A stretch of 63,392 nucleotides of DNA, filler included, from Octopus bimaculoides (Eukaryota): NCBI RefSeq assembly GCF_001194135.2. It is 6 parts of 6 records of this genome, joined end to end, with 100 filler letters (N's around TTAATTAATTAA, not from the genome) between each part and the next. Parts side by side here need not be neighbours in the genome. Positions count along the whole stretch, not along the records: positions 1 to 15,508 come from NC_069002.1; 5 more parts are not named here. One strand, 5' to 3'. How positions within the stretch are numbered: position 1 is the first letter of the stretch; each line of letters begins with the position of its first letter. The notes beneath the pieces were generated by a model. The model searched no databases and was not told where the DNA came from. It saw nothing but the letters and a program-made list of their open reading frames with translations. Positions 1 through 13,779 of this stretch are shown here, one piece after another. Made by a program: the position numbers and the translations under genes.

Positions 1-602
1 TATATATATATACGCACATAAGTTTGTCTTTGTGAGCAAATTTATGTGTGTTTGTGCTTGTATTTGTATGAATGTAGAAATACTGTTGATTCAGATTTTA
101 GAATGTTGGATAGAAAACCTTCCTAAACCATCTAATATCCGTATTTTTCTGAGTTCGAGTCCTAGCGAGGTTAATATTTACCGCCATCCTTTCAGGGGCC
201 CTGTACTGTGGTCAATTTTTCTTTCTCTTCTCGTCTGCCATTTACTGTTCCTAGAAGAAATTAGGTGATGTTAAACGTGGAGAGGACTGGTCACTGTCAA
301 GTTCAAAATTCAATCAATGGCAATACCTTTCCGTATTAACTGTTTCGTTTTAGTTTAACACTTCATGATAGACTACAACCGATAACTTTCATATCTCTTT
401 AATAGAGCATAACTTTATTCGGGAGTACTAAATGGTTCGGGGAAGGATTCTCCATTTCCTTTAGGTGAAAACCATTATCGTTTTCATTGAATATGGTTAC
501 AGAGAACACACTTTTCATTACTTTTGTTCGGTAGCAATTTAACTGTTGAAGGACGAGCAGAAGCAATTCTCTGATTAAGCTGAGAAGCAATCAGATAATG
601 AG

Positions 603-661
603 TTGTCCTTGAACAGGGGCCATCCGGTCTCCTGTTTGCGCCGTGAACAGGGATTAATCTT
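603..661. repeat. 59-bp segment with an inverted copy at 3528-3586
   Basis: 54/59 identical to the reverse complement of 3528-3586. Confidence 0.85.
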
Positions 662-1226
662 GGTCACCGACCAAGTTCAGACATTTTTCGTAATTGAAGT
701 GTGAATTCAAATGAACTGTATTGCTAATTCTTATGCAGTTTGTTTGGGGTTTTCCCAAAGTACGGTTTGCGGATTCTCAGCATTGACAGAATTTGGCCAT
801 CCAAATTGAGAGATAGTGAAAAGGTTTCTGATCGAAGCTGCCCAAACCATCGTTGGCATATACGGACTCTAAAAGCTTAATTTATCTACACAATATACAT
901 ATTTCTTGTTGCTTCCATCGCTGAAGATCCCCTTTTAAATTTATACTACATGCAGTGTCTCATACAAGTCTGTTCCAAGTTCCTTTTGAAAGAGTAAACT
1001 CAATATATACGGATATTACTTAACCCCAAATTATGAAAAATTACCTTCAACGAAATTATGTCAAAAAAGCGATAGGAAATTTTTTCCCAGCATAAGATAT
1101 GTGATCTATGTTCATTGTGTCAAAACCCTCCATATGTGTGTCCATATATATATATACATATATATATATGATTTGATTAGAGGATATTTTAACCTCGTTA
1201 TGGGATGGTTCTTTTCTTCTTTCAAC

Positions 1227-1334
<108 letters not shown>

Positions 1335-2459
1335 TTGGAAGATTTGGAGGTGATGTACAGGAATTATATATTAGAAAAAATAAGATACTCATATATCTGG
1401 ATGGTTGTACATTTACAGATATTTATTAATATGTCACATGTTTGTAATCATATTTATCTGTATTTTTATTCCATAACAGATTTGATCCTAAAAGTGAAGC
1501 CAAAACTATTTTAGAACTTGTTATTTCAGTATCTAAAACAATGGTACCATTTGCCAATTTATATTGGTAAATGACTACAGAAATATATATTTTATATTTA
1601 TTTTTGATCCATGCCTATGACAAAATGAACTTACCAATAATTAGATACCTCACTCATTGATTCATCACAATATTTAATTATTCTTAATCGTTATTCAACT
1701 TTGGAACAACGGAGCCTAAAAACGGCAACAAACCCAGATAGTGGGACATTTTTGTGCCAACTAGAATTGAACCTAGCTAACTTGGTTTTCATATTTGTCT
1801 CCTTCCTTTTTTGAACTAACCAGCTGTATAGATGTAAACACAATTCCTTCTTCCTTTCTTCCTTCTTTCTTGCCTTCTCTCTTCCATTGACACTCCTTTC
1901 AGATACACAGGCCCACACACGCATGCACACTCACCCCCCCCCNNNNNNNNNNNNNNNNNNNNNNNNNNNNNNNNNNNNNNNNNNNNNNNNNNNNNNNNNN
2001 NNNNNNNNNNNNNNNNNNNNNNCCCCCCCCCCACTCTCTCTCTCTCAATGGACAATGATGGCAATTCTTTGAAAATCAACTTTCTTCCAAACAATGCCCC
2101 ACCTTAAATAACCACCTGGTTTTGCCATTTTTAAAGGCCAAGAATAAACTTGTCATTGAAAGAACTGACCAGCTGTAAACACAATTTTCTTCTTTCTTCT
2201 TTCACCTTCCTTTTCTTTCCCATTGACACTCCTTTCAGATACACAGGCACACACACACACCAACACAAGAACACTCACGCAAACAATAACACACGCACAC
2301 TCTCTCTCACTTTTCACCCATTCCTCAACCTCTTTTACTATCCTATATATCTCTCTCCACTCCTACACTTTCAATAATACTATAAAAAGAGACAAATCTT
2401 CTGAAGTGAAATCATATCTGAAGAATCTACAACAATAGATGCAAGCGCGAATATTTGTA

Positions 2460-2840
2460 AAACATGAGACATATATTTATAAGAATCTGTAAATGTACAA
2501 CCATCCAGATATCTGAAAGGAGTGTCAATGGAAGAGACAGGTGGTGTACACAACAAACAGATGTATTAGTATAACGCTCGGTAAGTGAAAACGTCTTTAG
2601 CGTTTCGAGCCCACGCTCTTTCACTCTTTCACAGAAAAGAACACAGAAAGAAACAAGGAAACAAGGAGAGAAAAAAAAAGAATGTGTAGTGGCTAGTGAT
2701 CTATCAGGGCGAATGCCGGACAGAAGAGTCACACAGGAGAACTAAGAAGACGGGGAGATAACAAAGTAGTAGTGATCTCAAAACGAAGGTCCGCGTGCTT
2801 GTGTATAAGAGAGTTCGTATGTGCGTGTGAAAGGGGGTTG
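2460..2840 (-). mobile_element. Second copy of the same Penelope-type terminal-repeat family
   Basis: Reverse complement aligns with 59440-59642 (ccggcattcgcc.tgatagatc...gagcgt.ggctcgaaacg...ctaatacatc...tacaccacctgtct). Confidence 0.55.
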
Positions 2841-2879
2841 TTGATCTTGACGCGTGCGTGTGTGTGTGTAGGTGTGAAA

Positions 2880-3490
2880 ATGAGGGGCTGGGAATTGGTC
2901 AGTGCTGGTGTGTACGTGGTGGTTTAGTAGTGATGTGATGTGTTGTGTGGTATGGTGTAGTGGAGTGTGGTGGGATGGTGTTGGAAGGTGGGGGAGGCGG
3001 GNNNNNNNNNNNNNNNNNNNNNNNNNNNNNNNNNNNNNNNNNNNNNNNNNNNNNNNNNNNNNNNNNNNNNNNNNNNNNNNNNNNNNNNNNNNNNNNNNNN
3101 NNNNNNNNNNNNNNNNNNNNNNNNNNNNNNNNNNNNNNNNNNNNNNNNNNNNNNNNNNNNNNNNNNNNNNNNNNNNNNNNNNNNNNNNNNNNNNNNNNNN
3201 NNNNNNNNNNNNNNNNNNNNNNNNNNNNNNNATGAGGTGGGGTGGGATGGAAAGGATAGGGAAGGTGGGTTTGGAATGTGTAGGGGTGAGGTGGGCTTAC
3301 GAGGGAGGGTTGACGATGAAGGGGAAGTAGAAGGTGGGTAGGAGTGAAGAGAAGAGAGAAAGAGAGTAGTAGGGAAGAGAAATAGGAGTGAAGAGAAGTA
3401 GGAGTCGGAGCAAGAGAGGAGAGGTGGGTGGGAGGAAGTAGGTGTGAGGTGGAGAGAGGCAAGGGGCGGATGTTACATGAAGAGGGGAGG
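2880..3490 (+). repeat. G/purine-rich low-complexity tract
   Basis: GGTGG/GAAGAG-rich sequence on both sides of a gap. Confidence 0.7.
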
Positions 3491-4011
3491 AGTGTTGAGC
3501 CCATGTGACGCAAAGGAGGGAAGAGAGAAGATTAATCCCTGTTCACGACGCAAACGGGAGTCAGGATGGCCCCTGTACAAGGACAATCCGAACACGGACA
3601 GGTGTTGCAAAGAGTGACAGGTAGAGCGATATATTTTGCTGTCTGTTGTCCTGTTTCTAATCCCTTTAGTGTGTTCCTCTTAGCGTTATCCATATTGTTG
3701 TCTCCTTATCTCGTCTTGTTTGTTTTCATCTTTGTCCCTCGTCCGTCTAATAATAGTTCATCTTGAATCACTTTTATTCGTGTTCCTATATCCACTTCTG
3801 CTTTGCACGCTTATTCATTTCTTGCCTGTTTGTTCACGGTCTGTCATGTTTGGTCCTATTTCCCGGGGTTTCTCGTTGTCGGCGCCACCAGAAAGTAATG
3901 AATATTATCGTAAGGCGCGAAATTGCGTTTGACCCTTTAGCTGATAACTTATGAGGATTTGTTGGCCTTCTGTGTTTGTTTACCGTATGTTTGTGCATTT
4001 ATTATGTTTCT

Positions 4012-4056
<45 letters not shown>

Positions 4057-4154
4057 TCATATTGTAAGAGATGTAACAAAATATACATCGCGCAAATATA
4101 ACCTGATATGAAATCCATTCTTTCGAGTAGACAGGTATGTTTATTACATCTAAG

Positions 4155-4370
4155 AATGACAGAATCGTTAGCAAGCCGGACAAAATGCTAAATGGCGTTT
4201 CTCCCGGCTGTATATGATCTGAGTTCAAATTCTGCCGAGGTCGATTTTGCTTTTCATCCTTTCGGACTCGTAAAATAATTACTAGTTGTGTACTGGGGTC
4301 GATGTAACCGACTACCTCCATTCCCTGAAAAGAAAGAAACAGATTACCGGCCTTGTGCCCAAATTTGGAT
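4155..4370 (+). mobile_element. Family C SINE
   Basis: CAGAATCGTTAGC...GAGTTCAAATTCTGCCGAGGTCG...GGGGTCGATGTAA...GGCCTTGTGCC. Confidence 0.8.
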
Positions 4371-5334
4371 GTTTTATATCTAGAAATGGGATTCTGACCA
4401 AGTTTCAACCGAGTGTCATAACCAACGTTTATATGTGTGTTTTTGTGTGTATGCGTGCATGTATATTTATATCTGCATGTATGTATCTGTTTGTGTTAAT
4501 TTGTATGCGTAAAATCCTAAATGTAAACAACAGGGGGAAAAGAAAAAGTACTCAATACTGAAAAGGGTGATATGACTTGTAAGTCATATCACCAGTCTTT
4601 ACTCTGAGATACTCATAATCGATTTCTCGATGGTCGTGAAAAGAAGAACAACAAATTTGGTATATAACGCGCAGAGAATACGTATGCTTGAATGTCATAA
4701 CGAACGCCGGTCAAATGACATGGAATAGACGAGACCCTTTTTGGAAAACAATATAATCATTGCTTGGAGAACAGTGGGAGATAAAACTTAATGCAGCTGA
4801 GAAAAGAATAAAGTATATGGATCAATGGAATTGTTAAACAGCTATGCAAATATGTTTTGGTATGGTGAGTAAAAATCTACGATTAATGTAAAATTGTAGA
4901 CGAATCTTATTTAAGACATTTTAGAAGCGTCAAGTGAACAATGTTAGGTTTTTCACTGTGATTGAGAATATTTAAATTGGAACTATTAAGTTATCAGATT
5001 TCTCATATTTTCTGAATTTTTAGCTGTGTGAAATACTTATAATTGCTTGAATTAGCTATTTGGACGTTCGTAATTATTACGGAAATACTTCGTGGTGTGT
5101 CGTTAATCACTTAACATCTCTGATCTTTTATTTTTTTCTTTCTTTGTTGTCTTGATATAAAGAATGATAATTTCTCACTTAAGCATAAATATAAATGCAA
5201 ATAACTTTCCGCTTATACATACCTATCTATCTATCTTGCTCTCGCTCTCTCTACTTCTCTCTCTACTTCTCTCTCTACTTCTCTCTCCCTCTCTCTCTCT
5301 CCCTCTCTCTCCCTCTCTCTCTCCCTCTCTCTCC

Positions 5335-5386
<52 letters not shown>

Positions 5387-5503
5387 GTATGNNNNNNNNN
5401 NNNNNNNNNNNNNNNNNNNNNNNNNNNNNNNNNNNNNNNNNNNNNNNNNNNNNNNNNNNNNCCGATCTGTGGTAGGGGGACAAACACAGACACACACACA
5501 CAT

Positions 5504-5535
<32 letters not shown>

Positions 5536-7025
5536 GCACAGATACACACAGAAATACACATACATACGCTTTGATTACTATGTTTTGACATACACACACC
5601 CATAATGAATTTTTTATAAGAATAAGAAGGACAACAACAGCAACAACAGCAGTAGCAACAATAATAATAATCTCAAAAATAAGAATAATTACCATTAATA
5701 TTATATCACTATTATTATTATTATTGTTGATGTTGTTGTTGTGGTTGTTGTTATTATTATATTATTTCTTACATAATAATGCAAAAGATCAATGGAAACG
5801 AAATGTTCCAAAGAACTTCGTTCCAAGAGAAATGTTCATTTTTCTCTCACCTTCATCTCATATTCTTTCAAGATCTTTGTCACTCCCCCCCTCTCTCTCT
5901 CTTGCTCTCTATCTTTCTATAACAATATTTTTCTGCACCCCACCATCGCAAACTTACACACAAGCGCACGTAAACATATAGTAACATACTCATTTCCACT
6001 CACAATGTCATATATAGATATACATACATATATGTAAATATATATATATATAAATTTACATGTGTATGTTTGAATATGAATATTAATATACATATATGAT
6101 ACACACACCATATATGTACGGTATTAGGCTTTCACTCCATATACGCCAGCTCAATTTGATTCGTTCTCAATCGAAAGACGCCTGTTATTATTTCTTGTTG
6201 TTTATATTTGTAATTGTGTACCATGTTCTCGGGGTTCTTTTTTGTCTTTGTTGCCGTACACATTCGCTAGCTTTCTTACAAAAGAGTCTAATACACTTAG
6301 CTTAGACTTTTTGGCGGGCAACCAGGTCAAACCGTCTCAAGTGTAACTGCCCGAAATGGTCGTGACTTCTGAGACCTCACTAATGAAAGAAAGCCAAGAA
6401 GGACCCGTCCTTTTTTTGCCTGTCCTTCTAATTGTTGTTTCTCTTGTTTGCCTTTGTGTCGTCTATCTGTCCGAACGTTTTAATGCCCTCTATTGCGTTT
6501 TTGTTCCATGTTTATATATATATATATATNNNNNNNNNNNNNNNNNNNNNNNNNNNNNNNNNNNNNNNNNNNNNNNNNNNNNNNNNNNNNNNNNNNNNNN
6601 NNNNNNNNNNNNNNNNNNNNNNNNNNNNNNNNNNNNNNNNNNNNNNNNNNNNNNNNNNNNNNNNNNNNNNNNNNNNNNNNNNNNNNNNNNNNNNNNNNNN
6701 NNNNNNNNNNNNNNNNNNNNNNNNNNNNNNNNNNNNNNNNNNNNNNNNNNNNNNNNNNNNNNNNNNNNNNNNNNNNNNNNNNNNNNNNNNNNNNNNNNNN
6801 NNNNNNNNNNNNNNNNNNNNNNNNNNNNNNNNNNNNNNNNNNNNNNNNNNNNNNNNNNNNNNNNNNNNNNNNNNNNNNNNNNNNNNNNNNNNNNNNNNNN
6901 NNNNNNNNNNNNNNNNNNNNNNNNNNNNNNNNNNNNNNNNNNNNNNNNNNNNNNNNNNNNNNNNNNNNNNNNNNNNNNNNNNNNNNNNNNNNNNNNNNNN
7001 NNNNNNNNNNNNNNNNNNNNNNNNN

Positions 7026-7058
<33 letters not shown>

Positions 7059-7231
7059 GTTTCTCTATATTACTTTCTAATCTGAAAATATGTTCAGTAG
7101 CTATTCTCCGTTCTCTTTGTTTTCTCTCTCTGTCACTCTCTCTCACACACAGAGACACTCTCTCGGCTTCTCAGCTTCTCTCCTCATCCCCTCTCTCTCT
7201 CTTTCTCTCTCTCTCTTTCTCTCTCTCTCTT

Positions 7232-7287
<56 letters not shown>

Positions 7288-7612
7288 ACACACACACACA
7301 TCCTGTTTCTCTTTCACACAAACATATCTTCTTGCGCAGTAAGGGTCACTAACGCGACCCACGAAAAAGAGAACAGGCCCCGAATAAGCATAACATAACG
7401 AGGCCAGACATTAATGAACGTCAACGATACTTTGATAAAAGAGGAAACAGACTCTTAAGTCAATGTCGCCAATCGATATTGAAGAATAAACGAATACATA
7501 AATAAAGGAACAAAGGAATAGATATGCGTCTATTCGAGAGAGAAGGATAACAACTGCTAGAATAAACACTCGTGAAAAAGAGCCAGATTAAAATAATAAT
7601 ATTAATAACAAT

Positions 7613-7817
7613 AGGTACAAGGCCTGGAATTTGGTAGGAGGGGACTAGTCGATTACATCGGCCCTAGTTGCTCAGTTGGTATTTATTTTATCAACCCCCG
7701 TAAGGGTGAAAGGCAAAGTCGACCTCAGCGGAATTTGAACTCAGAACGTAAAGACGCTCGAAGCGCTGCTAAGCATTTCCTCCGGTGTGTGAACGAGTCT
7801 GCCAGCTCACCGCCTTA
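7613..7817 (-). mobile_element. Family C SINE
   Basis: Reverse complement of the family C sequence; head abuts the (TAA)n tract. Confidence 0.8.
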
Positions 7818-7862
7818 ATAATGATAATAATAGTAATGATGATGATGCTGTTAGGGATGATG

Positions 7863-7929
<67 letters not shown>

Positions 7930-7930
7930 T

Positions 7931-8476
7931 AAATGCCCTGATGCAGTACCAGGCAGTGGCACTCATGGTTTCTGATCTTAACTGATTGAAAGTTTTATCC
8001 TGTACATTGTTTTGTCTTGGTATAAAAGATGAGCCACAGCAAATATTCTGCTCAACACCACAGACTTGCTTGTCAGTTGTTTGACCTTAACCATTTCAGG
8101 ATGTCTCTTGGTGGCTGATGATATGTGCATCTCTGATCAGGACTAGAAGTAGTTGGGGAGTATCATAGCCGTATGTTGAGAGGAATTCTTTGGGGTTTGA
8201 ATAATTCACCTCCAGAAACATGGGTGTTTTATTCATCATCCTTAAACTAGCCTTATTCAGGGACCTTTTGAGCAAGACGGGCTCTTCGACGTGAAGAACA
8301 TTCTAACTGGGCCCCACCTGCAAGGTCATATGCTGTTTATTTTTATATGAGATCACCATGTAGCGTACATATGACTGTGATGCATGTGCCTGGTGTACCC
8401 TTATCCGATAAGTAGTTATGATGGATATACTGTCTTCGTATATTTTTACCCCAGTGCCTCTATGATGACATGCGCT

Positions 8477-8560
<84 letters not shown>
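7931..8560 (+). repeat. ~630-bp non-coding unit bounded on both sides by (TAA)n tracts, ending in an expanded (CT)n
   Basis: Complex sequence starts right after (TAA)n at ~7818-7930 and ends in (CT)n followed by (AAT)n at 8561. Recognition as a dispersed cephalopod repeat is from memory and unverified. Confidence 0.55.
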
Positions 8561-8563
<3 letters not shown>

Positions 8564-8650
8564 AATGATAATAATAACAACAACAGCAACAACAACAACA
8601 ATAATAATAATAATAATAATAATAATGATAATAATAATAATAACAATAAT

Positions 8651-10760
8651 TACTCAAATATAATCCAAAATAGAAAACAAATTAAAACTGGAAACTATGT
8701 AACAGAGGAAATTAAACAAGAACTAAAACCAGATCTCACTGAATTAAAGGAAATTATTTACACAGCTGCTAAGACAATCGAAGCCGGTTGTATTTCTCTG
8801 AAAAAACAAAGAAATAGAAACACGAGAAGAATTCCAAACTGGAAAAGTAAAAATGAAAAAGAGATTGAAATAATGAGAGGTGAAATATCAATATTGAATG
8901 AAACTAATCTGTGGAAACGATGCAAATATCAGAAAAGGAAGAAAGATGAAGAGAAAACATAGATTCTTACCAAGAGAAGAACTTCTTTCAGCAAAAGAAA
9001 CACTGCAACGAAAGATCCAAGCAAAAGCTAAAAAGAATACGAAGATTTGAGAAGAGAAACAAATTTTACAAACAAAATAAGCTGTTCACATCCAATGTGA
9101 AAAGATTCTACATAGAAATAAGGAAGGAGAAAATAACTATTCAAAACCCCACCTGCCATGGAAGAAGTTGAGGACTTCTGGAAAAATATCTGGAGTGATG
9201 AAAAGACTTACAATTAAAATGCAGACAGGATTAGATGCACAGAAGGATCCTACCAAATCTTGCGAGAACAAGCATGGAAGACATCACAATAGCAGACATA
9301 AGAATAGCAGACATCACAAAAGCAGACATAAGAAGGCTCGTCAGTGGAAATGCCCTAGTAATGATAGGGTGCCAATTTCTGGCTCACTTCATTCTCGTGC
9401 GCACACAAAAAGTTAGTCCAGTTATTCAATGAAATTATGAGAGATCCTTCTTCGAAAACACCTGATTGGTTAGCAAGAGGTATTACTTACCTACTCCCGA
9501 AGAATAATGAAACCAAATTTCCCCCAAACTATCGTCCCATAACATGTCTATCTACCACGTATAAAATTTTAAAGTCCATCTTCGTGGAGAAAACATACAA
9601 AGTTATGGAACAGAACGATATTTTCCCCATTGAACAAAAAGGGTGCCGACGAGGATAATATGGATGCAAAGGTCAACTCATAATCAATCACATGAACTTT
9701 GAGAACTGTCATAACAAACGCAGGAATCTCAGTTCTGCATGGATTGATTATAAAAAGGCTTTCGACAGCATACCGCATTCATGGATCTTGAAATCACTGG
9801 ATATCTTCAAAATTTCTCCTCTGATTTCAAACTTCCTGAAGCACAATGTCAATGTGGAATATGAATCTCCAACTATACCACTCAAATGGTATACTGACCA
9901 CAAAAAATATTAATATCAACTGCGGCATTTTCCAAGTTGACTCACATTTACCCTTAATTTTCTGCATATCCCTAAAACTCCTTACAAGTGAACTTAACAG
10001 AACGGGGTATGGATATAAAATTGGCGACAAGAAAATAAGTCATCTATTTTATATGGTTGACTTAAAACTCTATGGTAATGAGGATAATAAGCTTCAAGGA
10101 CTACCACGTACTGTGAAAGCAATCAGTGGTGTCATTGGGATGGAATTTGGTCTTCATAATAATTCCAAGGCCACTTTTCAGAACGGGAAACTGAAGACTT
10201 CACATTCGGTGGAGTTGGATGTTGACAGTCATAAAAGAATTCGAGCCGGAACAAACTTACAAATATCTCAGAATAAATGATGGCTCTAGCATTCAGCATG
10301 GAAGTATGAAAGAGAAGATCAGGAAGGAGTGTTACAGGAGAGGTTGAGCAGTCCTAAAATCCGAGTTAAATGCATGTAACAAGGTGTTAGCTATAAATTC
10401 CTTAGCAGTTCAGGTTGTTATTTACAGTTTCAATGTGTTGAACTGGAATATGAGCGAAATAAGGAAGGTTGACAGGAAAATCCGTGAGCTGCTGACTTGC
10501 AATAAGATGCACCACCCAAAGGCAGATGCAGATTGTCTTTATCTGCCCCGAGCTCAAGGAGGTCGAGGCCTGATCCAATTTGAAATCTCCTACAAAGCCA
10601 CCTCAACTGGATTGGCAAAATATCTTGAAACATCTAACGACTGGATGCTAAAGCACGTTGAAAACCATGAAAGACGTAAGAAGCTTCATTCTGTTAGCAA
10701 GGTGGGACACACATAAGAAAGAAGAAAGCAAAGGACCACTGATGAGGTCACAGAAGTGTG
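8651..10760 (+). mobile_element. Decayed R4/Dong-like (RLE-type) non-LTR retrotransposon, RT region, frameshifted
   Basis: Frameshifted peptides NYRPITCLSTTYKIL, EQKGCRRG, AWIDYKKAFDSIPHSWI, CGIFQVDSHLPLIFCI, ISHLFYMVDLKLYG (degenerate YMDD) and LYLPRAQGGRGL, typical of R4/Dong-type RTs. The 5' end abuts an (AAT)n/(AAC)n tract at 8561-8650. Confidence 0.85.
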
Positions 10761-11233
10761 ACGAAAGAACTCTGGCCGAAATAGGATTAATGTAATGTAA
10801 TATAAAGCTGAAGCAAATTAACACCAAATATACAGTGCGTGTGTTTNNNNNNNNNNNNNNNNNNNNNNNNNNNNNNNNNNNNNNNNNNNNNNNNNNNNNN
10901 NNNNNNNNNNNNNNNNNNNNNNNNNNNNNNNNNNNNNNNNNNNNNNNNNNNNNNNNNNNNNNNNNNNNNNNNNNNNNNNNNNNNNNNNNNNNNNNNNNNN
11001 NNNNNNNNNNNNNNNNNNNNNNNNNNNNNNNNNNNNNNNNNNNNNNNNNNNNNNNNNNNNNNNNNNNNNNNNNNNNNNNNNNNNNNNNNNNNNNNNNNNN
11101 NNNNNNNNNNNNNNNNNNNNNNNNNNNNNNNNNNNNNNNNNNNNNNNNNNNNNNNNNNNNNNNNNNNNNNNNNNNNNNNNNNNNNNNNNNNNNNNNNNNN
11201 NNNNNNNNNNNNNNNNNNNNNNNNNNNNNNNNN

Positions 11234-11267
<34 letters not shown>

Positions 11268-11541
11268 TGCCCTAACTCTTCGAAACGCTTAGCTTTAGAA
11301 TGGTGGCAGCTGATGAAGGAAATGTTCTCTATGTGGCCTGTGTATTTTCTGTACTCCGTTTATCATTTTGTCCACGTTTTTTTGCAACGTCCTGTACCCA
11401 GATATGCATCTATATATACATGTAGATGTAGGTATGTACATATATGTACGTATATATGCATATACTCATATATTATTTGTATTATATATATATGTATGCA
11501 TGGGTAAATAGATAGATAGAATAGATACACAGATGAACAGT

Positions 11542-11573
<32 letters not shown>

Positions 11574-11644
11574 CGCATGCATTTATACAATCACATACAT
11601 TTAAGCGAAGTTTGAAATTTGAAAAATAGTATAATAATTTCTAG

Positions 11645-11853
11645 CATGTGACGAAGGACAAGAATATTGGGGTAGAAACAGTCGATCGTATCGACTTCCA
11701 GTACCCGGTTGCAGCTTCAGGTCATCGATTTTGGAAGGATTTGAACGAAAGTTAATCCCAGCAGGATTTGAACTCTAGAATGTAAGGAGATAAAAAAACA
11801 AAGGATTTTTTTTTCCAATCAGTCGCTTTAACGATTCTTCCAATCTGCCGCTC
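11645..11853 (-). mobile_element. Degenerate family C SINE
   Basis: GGATTTGAACTC..GAA and GTCGAT.GTATCGAC traces. Confidence 0.55.
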
Positions 11854-11879
11854 ATCGGAACACGAATAACTAGAAACGA

Positions 11880-12006
11880 CAACAACGAAAATGGCAGCGA
11901 GGATGGTGACAATGATGAAGAGGAAGACGATGATGATGATGATGATGACGACGACGGTGGTGGTGATTAGGATGACGATGACGACGGCTTATGTCGTTTT
12001 ATTTTA

Positions 12007-12080
<74 letters not shown>

Positions 12081-12263
12081 GAATAATAGTAAAAATAATA
12101 ATAATAATAATAATGATAATAATACTAATAATAATAATAATAAGAGTAAGAATAAGAATAATAATAACAACGACAAGGTTAATAATAACAAAAAGATAAG
12201 AGTGATGATGATGATGGTTGTGGTGGTGGTGATGGGGGTTGTGGTGATGATGGNNNNNNNNNN

Positions 12264-12301
<38 letters not shown>

Positions 12302-12314
12302 GAATAATAGTAAA

Positions 12315-12370
<56 letters not shown>

Positions 12371-12508
12371 GAGTAAGAATAAGAATAATAATAACAACGA
12401 CAAGGTTAATAATAACAAAAAGATAAGAGTGATGATGATGATGGTTGTGGTGGTGGTGATGGGGGTTGTGGTGATGATGGTGGTCGTGGTGGTTGTGGTG
12501 GTGGTAAC

Positions 12509-12546
<38 letters not shown>

Positions 12547-12760
12547 CGATCATCACGATGGTGATGACTTATTTAATTTATTGTTTATATCAATTCAAAT
12601 AATAATGACAACAACAACAACAACAACAGCAATAACGGTAAAGATGTTGATGATGATGACGACGATGACGATGATAATTATGATGATGTAAGTAAGCCGT
12701 AAAAAATGTGTAAGATATAGTACTGTTCAGCAAACTGATGATGAAAACAAACACACACAC
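11880..12760. repeat. Compound trinucleotide microsatellite block (GAT/AAT/GGT/ACA)
   Basis: Direct reading; includes a ~190-bp duplication across a 10-N gap. Confidence 0.9.
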
Positions 12761-13423
12761 ACACACACACTCACACACACACGCATACACATATATATTC
12801 TATATTTATAAAATTTAAAACAAAAAATGATGAAAATATTTCAAAAGAAATATAAGAAAAATAAAAATATACTCAAAAAACGCAATAATAGCGGAATAGA
12901 ACTACAAATCGATATGGGTACCCGAACATTGGTACAAACGGATAAAGAACCAGTATAAATCCTTCTTTGTGTGTGTGCGTGTATGTGTATGCGAGAATGT
13001 GTATATTTAATGTGATGAGTACATTGAAAGGCAGAAACACATATACACACATACATACTGAACTAACAAACATGTTGGTATGCAAAAAAATATTACCTTG
13101 CTTATCTTTACGCATATATTCCATAGTCACAAAGACCCGAGCTCATGCACAAGCATACACATGCAAGTATATCGGTATATATATTCATATATATATATAC
13201 ATATATACATACATGTGCGTGTGTGTGTGCATGCATATATGCATATACATATGTATGTATATATGTATATGCATGCATGTATATATCTATAAATCATGCA
13301 TACATATGCATAAACACACACNNNNNNNNNNNNNNNNNNNNNNNNNNNNNNNNNNNNNNNNNNNNNNNNNNNNNNNNNNNNNNNNNNNNNNNNNNNNNNN
13401 NNNNNNNNNNNNNNNNNNNNNAT

Positions 13424-13457
<34 letters not shown>

Positions 13458-13597
13458 GTATATGCATGTATGTATATGTATGCATGGTTGTATGCATTCA
13501 TGTACGAGAGAGTGCTGAAAAGATCCTGGCTTTGGGTAAAAGAAAACACAGGCGGATCGGTTAATTATAATTTTATTCAACATCTTCCGCACATTTT

Positions 13598-13656
13598 CTT
13601 TACGTTTGACGGATATTTGTCCTCATCTTGAGGACAAATATCCGTCAAACGTAAAG
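13598..13656. repeat. Perfect 28-bp inverted repeat with 3-nt loop
   Basis: CTTTACGTTTGACGGATATTTGTCCTCA-TCT-TGAGGACAAATATCCGTCAAACGTAAAG. Confidence 0.95.
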
Positions 13657-13779
13657 TACATAATTCCTCATCTCTTAAATATAGAACTGTATATTCCTCG
13701 CATGTTCAGACACTTATAGCAGCGGTTCTTCAGTTTTTCTAAGGCCTGTAAAAGAACTCAGAATGCACATTATATCGCC

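Noticed and set aside
12070-12480. ~190-bp tandem duplication of a compound AAT/GAT/GGT block
   Set aside because: The copies sit either side of a 10-N gap; most likely an assembly overlap.
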